A stretch of DNA of 63,954 nt, the filler included, from an uncultured Acidimicrobiia bacterium (GTDB taxonomy: Bacteria; Actinomycetota; Acidimicrobiia; Spongiisociales; JAOTWH01): the NCBI GenBank assembly GCA_964347285.1. It is 4 parts of 4 records of this genome, joined end to end, with 100 filler letters (N's around TTAATTAATTAA, not from the genome) between each part and the next. Parts side by side here need not be neighbours in the genome. Positions count along the whole stretch, not along the records: positions 1 to 17,054 come from CAYFYE010000056.1; 3 more parts are not named here. One strand, written 5' to 3'. The position numbers and the translations under genes were made by a program. How positions within the stretch are numbered: the first letter of the stretch is position 1; each line of letters begins with the position of its first letter. Below the pieces are notes generated by a model that was not told where the DNA came from, searched no databases, and saw only the letters and a list, made by a program, of their open reading frames with translations. This document shows positions 1 to 10,048 of this stretch, one piece after another.

Positions 1-911
1 TTGCGGGTGAGGCCGATGACCCATCCGGAGCGAGGCGCAGTGACCTTGGCCGGGCGGCCGCCGAGAGCATCGCCGATCTCACCAACGAGGTCGCCGGATT
101 CCACCCGGGCGCCCAGGGTCGTGCGGAGGCGGAGGATGCCGGCGCGACGAGCGCGAATCCACCCACTCGACCGGCCTTCGATCGGCGACGACGCTCTGGG
201 TCGACCGGCAATCATGCCGGTGGCGGCCATCACCCGCTTGGTGCCCTCGATGGCGGTGTCGATGGCGTTGGCATCGAAGCGGTGGGCCTGACCGGCCTCG
301 TAGACGAGAACGGTCTTGCCGAGTTCGGTGGCGGCCTGGCGGAGCGATCCATCGCGCAGCTTGGCATGAACTGCGACCGGTGCGCCGAAGGCGAAGGCGA
401 TGCGACGCGTCTCCGGGTCGTCGAGGTCGGCCCGGATCTGGGGCAGATTGACGCGATGGTCCGAACCGGTGTGGAAGTCGATCCCGATGTCGCTGTCGCG
501 GACGACGTGGTCGATGATGAGGCGTGCCAAGCGACTCGCCAGCGAGCCCCGAACAGAGCCGGGAAACGAACGATTGAGATCGCGCCGGTCGGGGAGATCG
601 CGGGTACCCTCGATGAAGCCGAAGACGTTGACGATCGGAACCGCCAGCACTGATCCGGCGATTTCGTCGGGGGAGAGGTCCTCGATGAGCCGGCGAATTA
701 TCTCCACCCCGTTGAGTTCGTCGCCGTGAATCGCGCCGGTGAGCCACAGGCGCGGCCCGGGTCGAGCCCCGTTGATCAGGGCGGCCGGGATGGTGATGTC
801 GGTACCCGTCACCAACCGCCCCGCCGGTATCTCGATGAACTCGCGACGGCCCGGGGACACCCTCACCCCGGCAACGGTGACCGGCGTCGGCTCAGCCTTT
901 GACGCGGTCAC
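1..911 (-). CDS. Succinylglutamate desuccinylase/aspartoacylase (M14-like) family protein, 3' end truncated by the window edge
   Basis: Not in the ORF track because there is no stop in the window. Manual translation from GTG at 911 gives ...[19 protein letters not shown]...RDLNRSFPG...GIDFHTG..., the AstE/AspA Zn-binding motifs. Overlaps the rimK stop. Confidence 0.9.
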   Translation of the reverse strand, partial: MTASKAEPTPVTVAGVRVSPGRREFIEIPAGRLVTGTDITIPAALINGARPGPRLWLTGAIHGDELNGVEIIRRLIEDLSPDEIAGSVLAVPIVNVFGFIEGTRDLPDRRDLNRSFPGSVRGSLASRLARLIIDHVVRDSDIGIDFHTGSDHRVNLPQIRADLDDPETRRIAFAFGAPVAVHAKLRDGSLRQAATELGKTVLVYEAGQAHRFDANAIDTAIEGTKRVMAATGMIAGRPRASSPIEGRSSGWIRARRAGILRLRTTLGARVESGDLVGEIGDALGGRPAKVTAPRSGWVIGLTR

Positions 912-1794
912 GGGTCTTTCCGGGCGCGGCCCGCTTCTCGATGTACTCGATGATGGCCCCGGCTACATCGACATGGCTGGCCTTCTCGATACCCTCGAGC
1001 CCGGGCGAGGAATTGACCTCGATGACCACCGGGCCGTCTGAGGACCGGAGCAGGTCGACGCCGCAAACGTTGAGGCCGAGCGTGCGGGCCGCGGCCACCG
1101 CCGCAGCGCGTTCCTCGGAGGACAGCCTGACGGCATGCGCGATCCCGCCCCGGTGGAGGTTGGCGCGAAACTCGCCCGGGGCCGCCCGTCGCTCCATGGC
1201 GGCGACGACCCGGCGTCCCACGACGAAGGCCCGGATGTCGGTCCCGCCGGTCTCTTTGACGAACTGCTGTACGAGGATGTTGGCATCGAGCTGGCGAAAC
1301 GCCCCGATGACAGACTCGGCGGCGCTCTTGGTTTCGGCCAACACGACGCCGACGCCCTGGGTGCCCTCGAGGAGCTTCACCACCAAAGGAGCGCCCCCGA
1401 CTATTTCGATGAGACCGTCGACGTCTTTGGTGAAATGGGCGAAGCCGGTGGTCGGCAGACCGACGCCGGCACGAGCCAGCAGCTGCAGGGCCCGCAGCTT
1501 GTCCCGGGCCCGGGCGATGGCCTGGGACTCGTTGGTGGGAAAGACCCCCATCATCTCGAACTGGCGCACGACCGCAGTTCCGTAGAACGTATAGGACGCA
1601 GCGATGCGTGGGATCACCGCGTCGAACTGGAGGCGCTCGCCGAGCAGCAACACCGCCGGTTTGCGGGAGGTGATCTCCATGTAGCAGCGGAGGTAGTCCA
1701 CGACCCGTACGTCATGTCCGCGATCTGTGGCGGCCTCGACGAGCCGCGTCGTCGAATAGAGCGACGCCTTGCGCGACAGGACGCCGATCCTCAC
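892..1794 (-). CDS. rimK: RimK family ATP-grasp alpha-L-glutamate ligase
   Basis: MRIGVLSR...[43 protein letters not shown] and [12 protein letters not shown] are RimK signatures. Confidence 0.95.
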   Translation of the reverse strand: MRIGVLSRKASLYSTTRLVEAATDRGHDVRVVDYLRCYMEITSRKPAVLLLGERLQFDAVIPRIAASYTFYGTAVVRQFEMMGVFPTNESQAIARARDKLRALQLLARAGVGLPTTGFAHFTKDVDGLIEIVGGAPLVVKLLEGTQGVGVVLAETKSAAESVIGAFRQLDANILVQQFVKETGGTDIRAFVVGRRVVAAMERRAAPGEFRANLHRGGIAHAVRLSSEERAAAVAAARTLGLNVCGVDLLRSSDGPVVIEVNSSPGLEGIEKASHVDVAGAIIEYIEKRAAPGKTRDRVKG

Positions 1795-2303
1795 TATGAA
1801 CCGCTCCTTCGTTCCGGGTGTCGGCCGAGGAAGGACCGTCCCGGATCGACAACGAAGCGGCCTCGCACCGCCTGCCGCCCCAAGAGCATGCGAAAGCCCA
1901 TCGCGTCCCTGCGAGTGAGGGTGAGCTCGATGGGCCAGCGCTGTTCCCCGATCTCGATGTCGGTCACGATCACCGGGCGCAGCTCCTCCCGGCCGCCGGC
2001 GCCCGGGTTGCGCACCAGTCTCTTGTCGGCGAGCTCAGCCTCGGCGGCGAACGTGGTCGAGCTGTCTCGCTGAATCGGATGCACCTCGAAGCGCACCATC
2101 ATCCGGCCATCCCGATCGAATTCGCGGACGTCGTAGGCGTGCAGCGAGGAAGATCGAGCCCCGGTGTCGACCTTCGCCTTGATCGCCGAGATCCCCAGGC
2201 CGGGAAGCGAGACCCACTCACGCCACCCGATCACCGGCCTCTGAGAGGAGCCCCGTCTGGTCACGACGGGAGAGTAACGGCTGGATGTCGTGTCGGCGCT
2301 CAC
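1794..2303 (-). CDS. RimK-associated retropepsin-like protease (RimB / 'ATP-dependent zinc protease' family)
   Basis: [21 protein letters not shown] (DTG aspartyl motif) and MLLGR. Translationally coupled to rimK. Confidence 0.9.
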   Translation of the reverse strand: MSADTTSSRYSPVVTRRGSSQRPVIGWREWVSLPGLGISAIKAKVDTGARSSSLHAYDVREFDRDGRMMVRFEVHPIQRDSSTTFAAEAELADKRLVRNPGAGGREELRPVIVTDIEIGEQRWPIELTLTRRDAMGFRMLLGRQAVRGRFVVDPGRSFLGRHPERRSGS

Positions 2304-2579
2304 CAGCCACTCGGGCGCACTCTGATCCCGACACCATTACGGGCTGCCCGCCCGGCGCATCCTTCCAACCTCGATCGAAATCCTCAATCTTGGGGAGGCG
2401 CTCCGGCCCTCCACCGCATACGGTGGTCACGCGGGTGACTGTGTGGTGTCACCCAAGGTGCCCCCGGACCGGACACCCCCTTTACTCCGGTCTCGGGGGC
2501 ACCCCTCCGGACCACGGTCCCAGCGTCATGACGGTCGCTCCGACGCCGACGAGAGCTCGTCCCCTTCGGGCCAAATCCT

Positions 2580-2607
2580 TCAAGCGGGACGAGATGGCTG
2601 CCGATCC
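2580..2607 (+). promoter_or_regulatory. Putative sigma-28 (FliA/WhiG)-type promoter of the diguanylate cyclase
   Basis: TCAAG(2580-2584)-N15-GCCGATCC(2600-2607), 17 nt upstream of ATG 2625. Confidence 0.55.
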
Positions 2608-2624
2608 CCACAGCACGCAGAACC

Positions 2625-3791
2625 ATGCCCGACCGGAACGATTCCATTGACCCGGCCGCTGAAGAGCCGGCTGAAAGTGACTACGTCCTCCAGCGGAACG
2701 AGGACGGCTCGGTCACTGCCCCCCTGCCCGCCAACGAAGCCGAGCGGCTGGCAGAGCTGGGCACGTACGACGTAATCGACACACTGCCCGAACAGGCCTA
2801 CGACGACATCACCTACCTGGCTTCGAGGATCTGCGAAACGCCAATCGCCTTGGTCAGCCTGGTGGACGAGAAGCGGCAGTGGTTCAAGTCGCGGGTGGGC
2901 TTGGATACCGAAGAGACCTCCCGTGATCAGGCTTTCTGTGCCCATGCCATCCTGGAGCCCGAGGAATTGTTCATCGTGAACGATGCCTCCGCCGACCAAC
3001 GATTCGCCGAGAATCCGTTGGTACGGGACGATCCGTCGATCCGTTTCTACGCCGGAGCGCCGCTGGTGACATCATCGGGCAACGCCCTGGGGACCCTGTG
3101 CGTCATAGATCGAGCCCCCAGAGATCTGGACGATGACGAGCGGGAGTCGTTACGGGCCCTGGCCCGCCAGGTCATGGCCCAGCTCGAGCTGCGCAGGTCG
3201 TTGTCCGCCATGCAGAAGGCGGCGGAGGAGCGCCGGGCGTACGAGCGCCGTCTCGAGGAGTACCAGAGGAAACTCGAGGAGGGCTACGCCGCGATGAGAG
3301 ACGAGTCGGTGACCGACGCCCTGACCGGCATCAAGAACCGGCGGGCTTTCCTGGAGCGCCTCGACGAGGAGGCGCGCCGGGCTCATCGCAGCGGCTCGGC
3401 GCTGTCCCTCATCCTTCTCGACGTCGATCGTTTCAAGGCGCTGAACGACGGATACGGACATCAAGCAGGCGATGAGGTGCTTCGCCTGGTGGCCGAACTC
3501 CTCGAAGCGAACAGCCGCATCCACGATTTCGTGGCCCGCTATGGCGGCGAGGAGTTCGCCGTGATTCTTCCCGACACCGATTTCGACGGAGCTCATGTTC
3601 TCGCCGAGCGCTACCGGTCGGCCGTCGAGCGGGCCGACTGGGAACATCGTCAGGTCACGGTCAGCGTCGGGGTGGCGAGCCACATCGGGGAGGATGCCGA
3701 CGCCTACACCTTGTTCAGCGAGGCCGACGACGCGCTGTACCAGGCCAAGGAGCAGGGCCGCAACCGGGTGGTGTGCGCCGAGGCGGCTTGA
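2625..3791 (+). CDS. GAF sensor diguanylate cyclase (GGEEF)
   Basis: N-terminal GAF (EAERLAEL..Y, FCAHAI, IRFYAGAPL), then DALTG, DVDRFKALND, RxxD I-site (RIHD) and RYGGEEF. Confidence 0.95.
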   Translation: MPDRNDSIDPAAEEPAESDYVLQRNEDGSVTAPLPANEAERLAELGTYDVIDTLPEQAYDDITYLASRICETPIALVSLVDEKRQWFKSRVGLDTEETSRDQAFCAHAILEPEELFIVNDASADQRFAENPLVRDDPSIRFYAGAPLVTSSGNALGTLCVIDRAPRDLDDDERESLRALARQVMAQLELRRSLSAMQKAAEERRAYERRLEEYQRKLEEGYAAMRDESVTDALTGIKNRRAFLERLDEEARRAHRSGSALSLILLDVDRFKALNDGYGHQAGDEVLRLVAELLEANSRIHDFVARYGGEEFAVILPDTDFDGAHVLAERYRSAVERADWEHRQVTVSVGVASHIGEDADAYTLFSEADDALYQAKEQGRNRVVCAEAA

Positions 3792-3834
3792 GGACGTCGA
3801 CCTCCCCGGACCTCCGTTCAGGCCAACGCCGGAT

Positions 3835-4758
3835 CTAACCCAACAGCCCCGACCGTCTGGCGAACTGCTCGATCTGCTCCATGCGCTCTGGATAGCGGGG
3901 CGCCATGAACTGCAGTCCGACGTGAGCCACCCCGGCGCTCGCGAAGCGCTGCAGCACCTCGGCTACCTGCTGAGGCGTGCCCCGCAGCCGGTCGGGTTCC
4001 TGGGGGATCGTTTTGGTAGTGATCTCCACCGGCAGGCAGCAGGCCAGTGACACTTCTTCGGGGTCGCGGCCCAGGGACGCGGCCTGCTCCCGGACGTAGG
4101 CGAAGCGGTCCGCCAACTCGGCCGGCGTGATGCGGACGAAGTAGGGGAACCAGGCGTCGCCGAAGCGGGCGGCGCGCCGCTGGGCCGGACGGCCCTCGCC
4201 GCCCACCCAAAGGGGAAGGCGGTCGCCGTAGGCCTTGGGCTCGAACGCGACATCGTCGAAGTCGTAGTACGCGCCGTGGTGAGAGACCCGCTCTTCCGCC
4301 AGCAACCGCTGCAGGATCTCGAGTTGCTCGTCACCAACCCGGCCCCGTTCCGGGTAGAGGGCGCCCATGGCGCGAAACTCCTCCTCCATCCAGCCGATGC
4401 CGACACCCAGCACCAACCGCCCTTGCGACAGGCGGTCGATGGAGGTGGCCTGCTTCAACCAATGGAGGGGATGGCGGAAGTTCATCACCACCACGCTGGC
4501 GCCGAGTCGAATGTGCTCGGTGGCGCCGGCCAGAAAGGACAGCACGACAAGGCACTCGAGGAAGGGCCGATCGGGAGGCACGATGAAGGCGTCGCCCTCG
4601 GCGTACGGATAGGGGGTGTCGATCGTCCCGGGCATGACGACCCGGTCGGCGGCCCATACGGTGGAGAAGCCCCACTCCTCGGCCCGCACCGCCGTTTCGA
4701 TGAGCGACCCTCGCGATGCCGAACGTCCCGATACGGGAAGGAACACGCCCAAGTCCAT
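3835..4758 (-). CDS. LLM-class, probably F420-dependent, oxidoreductase
   Basis: MDLGVFLP...AEEWGFSTVWAADRVVMP, GRLVLGVGIGWMEEEF and LWVGG. GGAGGAGG RBS before ATG 4758. Confidence 0.88.
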   Translation of the reverse strand: MDLGVFLPVSGRSASRGSLIETAVRAEEWGFSTVWAADRVVMPGTIDTPYPYAEGDAFIVPPDRPFLECLVVLSFLAGATEHIRLGASVVVMNFRHPLHWLKQATSIDRLSQGRLVLGVGIGWMEEEFRAMGALYPERGRVGDEQLEILQRLLAEERVSHHGAYYDFDDVAFEPKAYGDRLPLWVGGEGRPAQRRAARFGDAWFPYFVRITPAELADRFAYVREQAASLGRDPEEVSLACCLPVEITTKTIPQEPDRLRGTPQQVAEVLQRFASAGVAHVGLQFMAPRYPERMEQIEQFARRSGLLG

Positions 4759-4840
4759 GCCGGCTGCCTCCTCCGACTGTGACGCCCGACGTTCGGCGAA
4801 CATAACATCGCCCGGTGCTGCAGATCATCTCAGCGACGCG

Positions 4841-5584
4841 ATGAACGGCGGTGTTGCCGTGGTGACCGGAGCCGGCCGCGGCATCGGTCGATCGATCGCC
4901 CTGCGATTGGCCGCCGACGGCCACCGGGTGCTGGCCCTGGGTCGTGACGCTGCCGCGTTGAGCGAGACCGCCAGCTCGGGGCCAGACATCAGCTCCGCGG
5001 TCTGTGATGTCACCGTTGCCGACCAGGTGGCCGCCGCCCTGGGGGGAATTCCGGTGGACATTCTCGTCAACAATGCCGGCGTCGCCGAATCGAACCCGTT
5101 GCACCGAACCACCGACCAGCAGTGGGAGCGGCACCTGGCGGTGAACGCCACCGGACCCTTCTTGTGCTCACGGGCGGTCCTGGCCGGCATGCGGGAGCGT
5201 GATTGGGGCCGCATCATCACCGTGGCATCGGTGGCCGGCCTCACCGGTGCTCCCTACATCAGCGCCTATACCGCCTCCAAGCACGCCGCCGTAGGGCTGA
5301 TGCGCTCGATCGCCGCCGAGGTGACCGGAACCGGAATCACCGCCAACGCAGTGTGTCCCGGCTACGTGCGAGGCGAGATGACCGACCGGACCATCGCCAA
5401 CATCACCGAAAAGACGGGCTTGAGTCCCCGAGAGGCGGAGCAGCGACTGGTGGCTTCGTCGCCGCTAGGGCGGCTCCTCGAGCCGGAAGAGGTCGCCGAC
5501 GCCGTAGCCTTCCTGGCCGGAGACGGAGCCGCCGCCATCAACGGCCAGGCCATCGTTCTCGACGGAGGAGGTGTCCAGCGATGA
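4841..5584 (+). CDS. SDR oxidoreductase (3-hydroxyacyl-CoA dehydrogenase-like, abm cluster)
   Basis: TGAGRGIG, NNAG and YTASK motifs. Coupled to the enoyl-CoA hydratase. Confidence 0.9.
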   Translation: MNGGVAVVTGAGRGIGRSIALRLAADGHRVLALGRDAAALSETASSGPDISSAVCDVTVADQVAAALGGIPVDILVNNAGVAESNPLHRTTDQQWERHLAVNATGPFLCSRAVLAGMRERDWGRIITVASVAGLTGAPYISAYTASKHAAVGLMRSIAAEVTGTGITANAVCPGYVRGEMTDRTIANITEKTGLSPREAEQRLVASSPLGRLLEPEEVADAVAFLAGDGAAAINGQAIVLDGGGVQR

Positions 5585-6408
5585 GCGGATTCCGAGCCAG
5601 TCCGGGCTTCACCGAGGCCTGGGAGCATTTCCAGTTCTCCATCGACGATCGAGTGGCGACGATCACGCTCGATCGGCCCGAGCGACTCAATGCCTTGACC
5701 TTCGACGTCTATGCCGACCTGCGTGATCTGCTCCGGGAGGTGCCGCACCGCGGGGACGTCGACGTCTTGATCATCACCGGCAAAGGGAGGGGCTTCTGTT
5801 CGGGCGGAGACGTCGACGACATCATCGGCAGCCTGATCGAGTTCGGTCCTCGCCGTCTGGCCGAATTCACCCGAATGACCAGCGCCGTCGTGCAGGGCAT
5901 TCGGGAGTGCCCGCTGCCGGTCGTCGCCGCCGTCAACGGCACCGCCGCCGGGGCCGGCGCGGTGATCGCTCTCGCCGCCGACTTCCGTGTCCTGGCCGCC
6001 TCGGCCACCTTTCACTTCCTTTTCACCAAGGTGGGCCTGTCCGGGGGAGACATGGGCTCGGCCTACCTGCTGCCCCGGCTGGTGGGCCTGGGGCGGGCCA
6101 CCGAGATCCTCATGTTCGGCGACCCCCTCGACGCGGCGACCTGCGAGGCGATCGGCCTGGCCAACGTCGTCGTGCCCCCGGAAGAGCTGGCCGATGCCGC
6201 CCAGGCTCTGGCCCGACGCATCACCGACGGTCCCACCCTGGCGTACTCGGCCACCAAGACCCTGCTCACGCGGGGCCAGGACATGGACCTGGCCGGCTCC
6301 CTGGAGCTCGAGGCGATGACTCAGGCCCTGCTGATGAAGTCTGAGGATCACGCCGAATTCCGCGCCGCCTACCGGGAAGAGAGGGAGCCACGGTGGGAGG
6401 GGAAGTGA
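5581..6408 (+). CDS. Enoyl-CoA hydratase family protein (AbmC-like)
   Basis: RPERLNAL, FCSGGDV, AAVNGTAAGAG and DMGSAYLLPRLVG. ATGA overlap with the SDR gene. Confidence 0.9.
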   Translation: MSGFRASPGFTEAWEHFQFSIDDRVATITLDRPERLNALTFDVYADLRDLLREVPHRGDVDVLIITGKGRGFCSGGDVDDIIGSLIEFGPRRLAEFTRMTSAVVQGIRECPLPVVAAVNGTAAGAGAVIALAADFRVLAASATFHFLFTKVGLSGGDMGSAYLLPRLVGLGRATEILMFGDPLDAATCEAIGLANVVVPPEELADAAQALARRITDGPTLAYSATKTLLTRGQDMDLAGSLELEAMTQALLMKSEDHAEFRAAYREEREPRWEGK

Positions 6409-6815
6409 GCTCGTCGCACCGCATGGTCCAGCCGGAGGGCCTCCCACCGGGTCGGGGGTACACCCACGCCGTCGTGTCCGGGGTGGGCCGAACGGTATGG
6501 GTGTCGGGGGAGATCGGTACCGATACCGACGGCCGAATTGTGCCCGGAGGGTGGACCGACCAGTTCGACCGGGCCCTGGCCAACGTCGTCACCGCGCTGC
6601 GAGCCGCCGGGGCCGAGCCCGACCACGTGGTTTCGATGCAGATCCTCACGACCGATGTAGGCGCCTACCGGGAGGCGGCGCCGGATCTGGCTCCGGTGTG
6701 GCGCCGCCACATGGGCCGGTACTACCCGGCGATGGCGGTCGTCGGGGTGACCGAGTTGGTGGAGCCCGCGGCTCGTGTGGAGATCACCGCTACCGCGGTG
6801 ATCCCCACCGAATGA
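6405..6815 (+). CDS. RidA/YjgF family protein
   Basis: GYTHAV, VSGEIG, YYPAM and VEITATAV. GTGA overlap. Confidence 0.88.
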   Translation: MSSSHRMVQPEGLPPGRGYTHAVVSGVGRTVWVSGEIGTDTDGRIVPGGWTDQFDRALANVVTALRAAGAEPDHVVSMQILTTDVGAYREAAPDLAPVWRRHMGRYYPAMAVVGVTELVEPAARVEITATAVIPTE

Positions 6816-7630
6816 CGGAAACCCCCCGGACCCGGCAGCAGTGGGAGGACCAATACGACATCACCCGCATCCACCCCGACCTCGGCGCCTACCTGGAGCG
6901 CTGGGAGGCGGAGGCGGCGGCGTATCGCCGGGTTGCCCGGGGAGAGAGGGAAGTCCCTTACGGGCCCGGTGACAACCAGCGTCTCGACGTGTTCCTGCCG
7001 GAGGAAGCACCGCGTGGGATCATCGTCTTCTTCCACGGCGGCTACTGGGTGGTAGGAGGACGAGAGACCTACTCCCACCTCGCCGCCGGCCCGGTGGCTC
7101 ACCGGCTTGTTTTTGCCGTCGTCGGCTACGACCTTGCTCCTGAGGCCCCAATGGAAGAGATCGTTGCCCAAGGGAAGGGGGCGGTGGCCTTTTGTTCCGA
7201 TCGATTTCGGCTCCCCGTCGTTGTGGCCGGGCACTCGGCCGGCGGACACCTGGCGGCGATGGCCGTAGCAGATCCGCACGTGCCCACCCGGCACGGGGTG
7301 GCGGTCAGCGGCCTCTTCGACCTGGAACCGCTCCTGCACCTCAGGCTCAACGAGCTCTTGGGGCTGACTCCGGAAACGGCCCGAGCGCTGAGCCCGGTCC
7401 ACCTCGACCCGCCGCCGGAGGCTTCGATGCGCCTGGCGGTCGGGGCCCGAGAGACGAGTGAGTTTCATCGACAGGCCGAGGCCATGGGCGACCAGTGGGC
7501 CCGCAGAGGTGCGGCGACCAGCCGTACGGTCATCCCCGGCCGCCACCACCTCAGTGTGATCGAGGAGCTGACCGATCCGGAGGGAATGCTGGTGGGACTG
7601 TGCCGAGAGGCGGCGGCGGCGGCTCGATAG
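6812..7630 (+). CDS. Alpha/beta hydrolase, probable kynurenine formamidase (AFMID type)
   Basis: HGGYW oxyanion motif and GHSAGGHL nucleophile elbow. Adjacent to TDO. Confidence 0.82.
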   Translation: MTETPRTRQQWEDQYDITRIHPDLGAYLERWEAEAAAYRRVARGEREVPYGPGDNQRLDVFLPEEAPRGIIVFFHGGYWVVGGRETYSHLAAGPVAHRLVFAVVGYDLAPEAPMEEIVAQGKGAVAFCSDRFRLPVVVAGHSAGGHLAAMAVADPHVPTRHGVAVSGLFDLEPLLHLRLNELLGLTPETARALSPVHLDPPPEASMRLAVGARETSEFHRQAEAMGDQWARRGAATSRTVIPGRHHLSVIEELTDPEGMLVGLCREAAAAAR

Positions 7631-7762
7631 ATCCCGAGGCCGACGGGTGGACGGCGCCCGTCCCAGGCGGGAGCGGCGAGCCCCTCGGGCTGGTGTCCCG
7701 CAAGGGCGCGTCCTTCACCCGGCCATCGTCTCCGTCTGAGGGCCCTCAAGTAAGGTGGCCAG

Positions 7763-8848
7763 ATGTCGAAGCCGGTCTACTACCACGACTACCTCGACCT
7801 GGATCGACTGCTTTCGTCCCAGCATCCGCTCAGTCGGGTCGAGGGTCCGGAAGCCCACGACGAGATGCTGTTCATCGTGGTCCACCAGGCCTACGAGCTG
7901 TGGTTCAAACTCATCCTCCACGAGATCGACGCGCTCATCGACGCGTTCGGCCGGGAGGTGATCCGGGAACGGGAGATGGGCACGCTGGTCGCCCGACTGG
8001 ACCGCATCCACTCCGTGCAGCGAGTGATGATCGATCAGCTCGACGTCCTGGAAACCATGACCGCCCTCGATTTCCTGGACTTCCGGGAATTGCTCGTTCC
8101 CGCATCGGGCTTCCAGAGCCTGCAGTTTCGGCTCATCGAGAATCGGCTCGGCCTCCAGCCCGAGGGGCGGGTGCCGATCGACGACGCTCCTTATACCGAG
8201 CGCTTCGAGGCGGAACACAGGGAGGCGTTGCTCACCTCCGAGGAGGGTCCCAACCTCCACGACCTGGTGGAGGAGTGGCTGGAGAGGACCCCTTTCCTGG
8301 AGATGGGGGAGTTCGCGTTCTGGGACGAATACCGGGCCGCCGTCGACCGCATGCTGTCCAAGGAGCGCAAGGCCATCGAGAACAATCCGGTGCTCACCGC
8401 CGAGTCCAGGGAGCAACAGCTCGAGCGGCTCAGGTCGGTCGAGGACGGCTTCACCACGATCTTCGACGACGAGCGCTACCGGGACCTGGTCGCTGAGGGG
8501 AGGCGGCGCATATCGCGTCGGGCCTTCATGGCGGCGTTGCTCATCCATCTCTACCGGGACGAGCCCATCCTTCAGCTCCCCTTCCGGCTGCTCACCGGCC
8601 TGGTCGACATCGACGAGGGGTTCATCGCCTGGAGGCAGCGGCACGCTCTCATGGTGCTGCGCATGATCGGCCAGCGAGTGGGCACCGGGGGCACCTCCGG
8701 CTACGAGTATCTGTTGGAGACGACCCGGCGGGCCCGGGTGTGGCGGGATCTCATCGAGGTGCCCACGTTCCTCATTCCTCGCTCAGAGCTGCCCCAGCTT
8801 CCGACCACCGTCGTGGAGGCGATGCGGTTCCACGTCGGCGGCGACTGA
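7763..8848 (+). CDS. kynA: Tryptophan 2,3-dioxygenase (long form)
   Basis: YHDYL, HDEMLFIVVHQAYELWFK, PASGFQSLQFR, WRQRH and GTGGTSGYEYL. Confidence 0.95.
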   Translation: MSKPVYYHDYLDLDRLLSSQHPLSRVEGPEAHDEMLFIVVHQAYELWFKLILHEIDALIDAFGREVIREREMGTLVARLDRIHSVQRVMIDQLDVLETMTALDFLDFRELLVPASGFQSLQFRLIENRLGLQPEGRVPIDDAPYTERFEAEHREALLTSEEGPNLHDLVEEWLERTPFLEMGEFAFWDEYRAAVDRMLSKERKAIENNPVLTAESREQQLERLRSVEDGFTTIFDDERYRDLVAEGRRRISRRAFMAALLIHLYRDEPILQLPFRLLTGLVDIDEGFIAWRQRHALMVLRMIGQRVGTGGTSGYEYLLETTRRARVWRDLIEVPTFLIPRSELPQLPTTVVEAMRFHVGGD

Positions 8849-8849
8849 C

Positions 8850-9989
8850 GTGTTGAAGCACCGGTTCCAACGTTTCTCCGAATCAGGCGTACTCCACTTC
8901 GCGGCCCATTCGCACCATCTGTGGCCTGACGTCTCCTACGAGGCCCACCGGCGGGCCTGGGAAGACGCCGCCCGCCTGGTCGACGACAAGTGGGAGGTGG
9001 TGTTCGGCGAGGTGGTGCCGGTGGCCGCCGGCCACGTGGCCGGGTTGCTGGGCCTGCCCGATCGGGACACGGTGGTGTTCGCTCCCAACACCCACGAGCT
9101 GGTGGTGCGGTTGGCCTCGTGCCTCGAGCCACCCTTCCGCATCGTGACCAGCGACGCCGAGTTCCACTCCTTCCGACGGCAGTCGGATCGTTGGGAAGAA
9201 GCGGGGATGGCACGGGTGGTGAGAGTGCCCGCCGAGCCCTTCGCTACCTTTCCCGACCGCTTCGCGGATGCGCTCGCCCCCGGCGCCGACCTCGTTTATG
9301 TGTCCCACGTGTTTTTCGACTCCGCTTATGTCGTTCCCGACCTGGCGTCGATCATCGCCGCCGTTCCCGGGAGCGCCTTCGTGGCCGTCGACGGCTACCA
9401 CTCGGTGATGGCACTGCCGGTGGACGTCTCCTCATTTGCCGGACGCGCCTTCTTTTTGGGAGGCGGCTACAAGTACGCCATGGCGGGGGAGGGGGCGTGC
9501 TTCATGCACTGCCCGCCCGGGTGGGGGGAGCGCCCGGTCGACACCGGATGGTTCGCCGGCTTCGGCGCTCTGACCGACTCCGATTCGGGGGTGAGCTACG
9601 CCCCCGACGGGTCACGGTTCTGGGGGGCCACCTTCGACCCATCCGGCCTGTACCGCTTCAACGCGGTCCAGGACATGCTGGCGGAGGAGGGAGTGACGGT
9701 GGCGGACATCCACGCCCACGTGCGCCGCCTGCAGAAGCTGTTCGTCGACCGCCTGGGGGAGGGCGTAGGCCCGGTACGGACCGCCGGGCTCGTCCCGGAG
9801 TGGGGAGACGGGGATCGCGGGCACTTCCTCACGTTTCGCATCGATGAGGCCGGCGCCGTCAAGGCATCGCTGCGAGAGAAGGGGGTCGTCACCGATCATC
9901 GGGGCGACCGGCTCCGGATCGGGTTCGGCGTCTACCACGACGAGGCCGATGTGGCCCGCCTCCTCGAGATCCTGGCGGCCGTCGGCTGA
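8850..9989 (+). CDS. Class V PLP enzyme, probable kynureninase
   Basis: [25 protein letters not shown] (PLP lysine) and GWFA. Starts 1 nt after the TDO stop. Confidence 0.75.
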   Translation: MLKHRFQRFSESGVLHFAAHSHHLWPDVSYEAHRRAWEDAARLVDDKWEVVFGEVVPVAAGHVAGLLGLPDRDTVVFAPNTHELVVRLASCLEPPFRIVTSDAEFHSFRRQSDRWEEAGMARVVRVPAEPFATFPDRFADALAPGADLVYVSHVFFDSAYVVPDLASIIAAVPGSAFVAVDGYHSVMALPVDVSSFAGRAFFLGGGYKYAMAGEGACFMHCPPGWGERPVDTGWFAGFGALTDSDSGVSYAPDGSRFWGATFDPSGLYRFNAVQDMLAEEGVTVADIHAHVRRLQKLFVDRLGEGVGPVRTAGLVPEWGDGDRGHFLTFRIDEAGAVKASLREKGVVTDHRGDRLRIGFGVYHDEADVARLLEILAAVG

Positions 9990-10048
9990 GGGAGGACGCC
10001 GTCGACGGTGTTTGGGTAGCCTCCTCCCCACGTGTCGAAGGAGGAGGC

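Noticed and set aside
2375..2440. Partial resemblance to a c-di-GMP-I riboswitch (CTCCGGCCCT) near the cyclase
   Set aside because: Lacks the GGCAAA and GCAAA core elements.
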